A stretch of DNA of 64,000 nt, from the NCBI GenBank assembly GCA_019828565.1, contig JAHDYR010000022.1, positions 62,001 through 126,000 of the forward strand, read 5' to 3'. Source of the DNA: Carpediemonas membranifera BICM. Its lineage: Eukaryota; Protista; Fornicata. Shown piece by piece: positions 60,689 to 64,000 of this stretch. A model generated the notes under the pieces. It was not told where the DNA came from and searched no databases. It saw only the letters and a list, made by a program, of their open reading frames with translations. Position numbers and translations under genes: made by a program. Position 1 is the stretch's first letter; each line of letters opens with the position of its first letter.

Positions 60689-60909
60689 AGTATAGTTATC
60701 GCCAGTGTCATTTGTTGTGAGTCATTAAGGTAAGAGGTTTACTGATAGTTCGTTGTGGTACGTGGATTCACACGGGTAACTTCACGACTCTCGCACTTTA
60801 AGGCTGCGACAAACGACAGTCATGGTCCCTAATGGTGTGAGGGCCAAGCCAAACATGAGGACTATAGCATTAGTAGAGTCAGACACCATTAACGGTGAAA
60901 TGAATAAAT

Positions 60910-61556
60910 TTACTGGTTTTTGGCGAACTCCGCATTGACAAAGTTCCAGTTCACGAGATTGTGGCCAAAAGTCTTGATCCATCCAGGACGGTTGGACATG
61001 TGAAGCAAGTAGTAGGCGTGCTCCCACACATCGATGGTGAGGAGAGGCTTGAACTTGCCCTCGTTGATGGGGGTCGCCTGGTTGAGCGTCTTCATGATCA
61101 ACAGCTTCTTGGTGGCGGGGTCGATGACAAGCCACGCCCAGCCGGAGCCGAACTGGGTTGCAGCAGCGTCGGCGAAGCCCGTCATGAAGGTCTTGAAGTC
61201 ACCGAAGTCGCGCTCGATAGCAGCACGCAGCTCGGGGCTCATCTCGCCGCGCTCGCCCTCAGGCTGGGTAAGAATGGTGTGTGGTGTGTACAAACGGCCA
61301 TGCACTTCCAGAAGAAGGAGTGGTTCCAGGCGCCGCCGCCGTTGTTGGCGATGAACTGGCGCTTGGCCTCGGGGACCTCGTCGAGGTGGCCGAGGACGTA
61401 CTCGAGGTCCTTGTCCTCCATGCCAACTTCCTTGAGCGCAGCGTTGACCTTGTCGATGTAGGCCTTGTGGTGCTTGTTGTAGTGGACATCGAGCGTTCTA
61501 TCGTCGTAGTGGGGCTCGAGGGACTTGTAGGGAAGAGGGGCTTGTTCGTAGACCAT
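60910..61556 (-). CDS. Fe/Mn superoxide dismutase, two exons (61556-61296, 61263-60910)
   Basis: LPY..LEP, HYNKHH..Y, NNGGGAWNHSFFW, FGSGWAWL and DVWEHAYY. Confidence 0.93.
61264..61295 (-). other. Spliceosomal intron, 32 nt
   Basis: GTTTGTACACACCACACACCATTCTTACCCAG; removal gives in-frame exons of 87 and 118 codons. Confidence 0.9.
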
Positions 61557-61962
61557 TGTTTGGTTATCTTTGCGGATTGTACGCGTTCTGAGGGTTCACA
61601 CTGCCGCCGGCATTGCCGCTGCCTTCTGTGCCGTGGGAATTGACGATTTCATTTCCAATCTCGTTAACGCCGAAGAAGTGGAGGAGGTAGAAGCCTACGT
61701 ACAATGTGTGTAGCACTGCGATCTGGCTCATCGTGCGATCCTGCTTTAACTCGTCCCCCGTTGCACTGTCATACGACCCACCACATGCGGGGTTGACGCC
61801 CTTGTTGAACTCTCTGATGGCCAGCAGAAGCCTCCCATGGGCAGAACTGCGCCATATCTCGACATCCACTCGATATTCCAGACCGGATCAATTTGACTGC
61901 CATGTCGTGGCGGCGGTGACACGGATCAGATCAAGGGGACTAACAACAGCAAGCAAAGTACT

Positions 61963-62913
61963 ATGGCTTCAGATCTTGACTTCATTAAGAAACACACTAT
62001 CGTTGTAGCCGATACCGGCGACTTCCAGTCCATCAAGGGCCTCGGTGTCCGCGATTCAACGACGAACCCTTCTCTCATCCTCCAGGCGGTGCAAAAGCCC
62101 GAATACAAGCATCTCCTGCAGCAAGCAGTCGATATGGCCGAGAACAAGGACGACAGCAGTGAGATCGTCGACTGCCTCCTCGTCGTCTTCGCCTCTGAGA
62201 TCACCAAGCTTCTCCCCGCGGAGGGTCGTGTGAGCGTTGAGGTCGACGCCCGCCTGTCCTTCGATACCGAGGCAACCATCGCCAAGGCGCGTTCGATCAT
62301 CGCCCGACTTGAGGCCCACGGTATTCCCCGCTCGAAGATCCTCATCAAGATCGCCTCCACCTGGGAGGGGCTGCAGGCGGGTATCGCGCTCGAGAAGGAG
62401 GGTATCCACTGCAACTTGACCCTTCTCTTCTCCATCGCCCAGGCTGCTGTGGCTGGTCACGGCGGGGTGACGCTGGTTAGCCCATTCGTTGGCCGTATTC
62501 TAGACTACTACAAGTCGGTCGCCCCCGACGCCGACTACAGCGGCGCCTCGGACCCTGGTGTCCAGAGTGTAACTGCCATCTTCAACTACTTCAAGAAGAA
62601 CAGCATCCAGACTCAGATTATGGGGGCCAGTTTCCGGTCTGTTTCTGAGATCAAGGAGCTGGTTGGGTGCGACCTCCTCACCATCGCCCCTAAACTGCTC
62701 GAGGAGCTTGCCGGAAGTGACTCGGGCCTGACTGTCAAGCTCGACGCCGCTAAGGCCAAGCAGGCTGATGTGCCCAGCATCAAGGTGGACGAGAAGAGCT
62801 TCCGCTGGATGATGAATGAAGACGCGATGGCTACCAACAAACTTGCCGAGGGAATCCGCAAGTTTACCGTCGATATCCTCAAGCTCGAGAGTATGATAAA
62901 ATCCATGAAGTAA
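61963..62913 (+). CDS. Transaldolase
   Basis: VADTGD, DSTTNPSLI, GRVSVEVDARLSFDT, LIKIASTWEG, CNLTLLFS, SPFVGRI and MGASFR. Confidence 0.95.
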   Translation: MASDLDFIKKHTIVVADTGDFQSIKGLGVRDSTTNPSLILQAVQKPEYKHLLQQAVDMAENKDDSSEIVDCLLVVFASEITKLLPAEGRVSVEVDARLSFDTEATIAKARSIIARLEAHGIPRSKILIKIASTWEGLQAGIALEKEGIHCNLTLLFSIAQAAVAGHGGVTLVSPFVGRILDYYKSVAPDADYSGASDPGVQSVTAIFNYFKKNSIQTQIMGASFRSVSEIKELVGCDLLTIAPKLLEELAGSDSGLTVKLDAAKAKQADVPSIKVDEKSFRWMMNEDAMATNKLAEGIRKFTVDILKLESMIKSMK

Positions 62914-62982
62914 ATCGACCGAATCCTATCTTATTTATACTGCGCCGTCCCGGCCAACGGTTCCGGCACTTCAATCATCTGA

Positions 62983-64000
62983 TTAGTACGAAATGAGGCG
63001 CGAGACCTGGACGTACCGGTCGCCGCTGTACTTGCGGTAGATGCCCTTGAGCCCGCTGCTGGGCACACGGTTGACGATGCCCTTGAGGTCCCCGACGACG
63101 GCGCTCAGGTCGTCATGGCTGTAGCCGCTGTACTTGGTCAGGAGAGGTGTCCACACTGCTGGCCTGCGGACAATCTTGTGAGCCAGCATCACACAGCCGG
63201 CGGCAACCTCGGAGGGGAGGTACTTGGCCATGCCGGCCTCCTGGTTGGCGAGCTCCGCGAGGTAGAAGGCGAGGTATCTGTCGCGGGTCGACATATCAGC
63301 GACCTTGGCGAAGCGGCGAAGGAAGGTGATGGACGTGGGGTTCGAGAGGTTGAAGCCCGTGACCTTGAGCAGCATGCGCTCCATGGAGAACATCGACTTC
63401 TGGTCGACCCCAGGAGCCATACGAACGAACGAGCGGACTGAGGGAGTGTAGCTCTCCTCGAACTTGGAGGCGAGCCAGAGAGAGGTGATGCCGACGAGCT
63501 GAAGCTTGGCCTCGGCTACCTGCTTCTTGGCCAGGAATCTGTCGAGGATATTGACCGCGAGGAAGGCGGACTCATTAGCGAGCTTGAGGCGGTGGTGGAC
63601 GTCGACCATCCAGTCGACGATGGCAGCCCTCATCTGAGCGTTGATCGATGTCTGTCTGGAGATGAAGTCTGTGGGCACACGGTATTCGGCAGACTTCTCC
63701 TGCTGACGAAGGTAGGCGTAGATCTCCTTGACGTATACGGGGGCAGCCAGGGGGTTGCCCTGGTCGACGAGGTCGATGTCTTCCAGGTCGTTTGAGTTGA
63801 GGGCGTCGACGACGGTGGAGCCGGACTTCTTGATCTCGGGGTTGGGCGCCTGGTTCGTGGGGGCTGCGAGGCCAGCAGCGCCGAACATGCTCGAGGGCTT
63901 AGCAAATGAGTAAGGCTGCGCAGCAGGCGCCTTATGCTCAGTTCTTTCGGGCTTGAGATGCCCAACGCCCTGGAGATTCGTCACGGTGTTGTTCTGAAGA
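62983..64000 (-). CDS. B-type (mitotic) cyclin; 5' end outside the window
   Basis: YVKEIYAYL, MRAAIVDWM..VH, LAVNILDRFL, KLQLVG...LASKFEE, ME..LL and FLRRF. The frame is open to the window edge. Confidence 0.9.
   Translation of the reverse strand, partial: LQNNTVTNLQGVGHLKPERTEHKAPAAQPYSFAKPSSMFGAAGLAAPTNQAPNPEIKKSGSTVVDALNSNDLEDIDLVDQGNPLAAPVYVKEIYAYLRQQEKSAEYRVPTDFISRQTSINAQMRAAIVDWMVDVHHRLKLANESAFLAVNILDRFLAKKQVAEAKLQLVGITSLWLASKFEESYTPSVRSFVRMAPGVDQKSMFSMERMLLKVTGFNLSNPTSITFLRRFAKVADMSTRDRYLAFYLAELANQEAGMAKYLPSEVAAGCVMLAHKIVRRPAVWTPLLTKYSGYSHDDLSAVVGDLKGIVNRVPSSGLKGIYRKYSGDRYVQVSRLISY

Noticed and set aside
60831-60891. 9-bp inverted repeat TAATGGTGT/ACACCATTA in the PLB-SOD convergent gap
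   Set aside because: A single short stem with no snoRNA boxes or other support.
61564-61869. 101-aa minus-strand ORF between SOD and transaldolase
   Set aside because: GTG start and no recognisable motif; cannot be supported as a gene without RNA data.
62933-62945. 13-bp match (ATTTATACTGCGC) to the island repeat
   Set aside because: Short enough to arise by chance, and the flanks do not match.

Overview
Very gene-dense, GC-rich (GC3-biased) eukaryotic DNA with about 27 protein-coding genes, mostly intergenic gaps of 50-400 bp, and four short spliceosomal introns (29-32 nt, GTNNGT donor, branch point fused to the 3' splice site). These traits and the TAAA/AGTAAA 3'-end motif suggest a compact protist genome, possibly a free-living metamonad or fornicate; this is inference, not proof. 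Housekeeping genes include ALG1, SERINC, eIF4G, a HAS1-like DEAD-box helicase, YJU2, SMC4, a DHHC palmitoyltransferase, OGT, a UBA-UBX protein, a PQ-loop protein, RPB11, phospholipase B-like, SOD, transaldolase and cyclin B. Three things stand out. (1) A ~3.7 kb island (24.26-27.95 kb) has three copies of a 28-bp motif that bracket a signal-peptide GBP/atlastin-like GTPase gene and a truncated TnpB/Fanzor-type nuclease ORF, followed by a structured candidate omega-RNA region. (2) A class C (GABA-B-like) 7TM receptor carries an ectodomain resembling a bacterial chemoreceptor Cache domain and lies directly upstream of a multi-TM RGS gene. (3) Two repeat-expanded coiled-coil genes 30 kb apart, one with a CAMSAP CKK domain, share a near-identical 190-bp coding module. 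All family assignments come from motif recognition by eye; no database searches were run.
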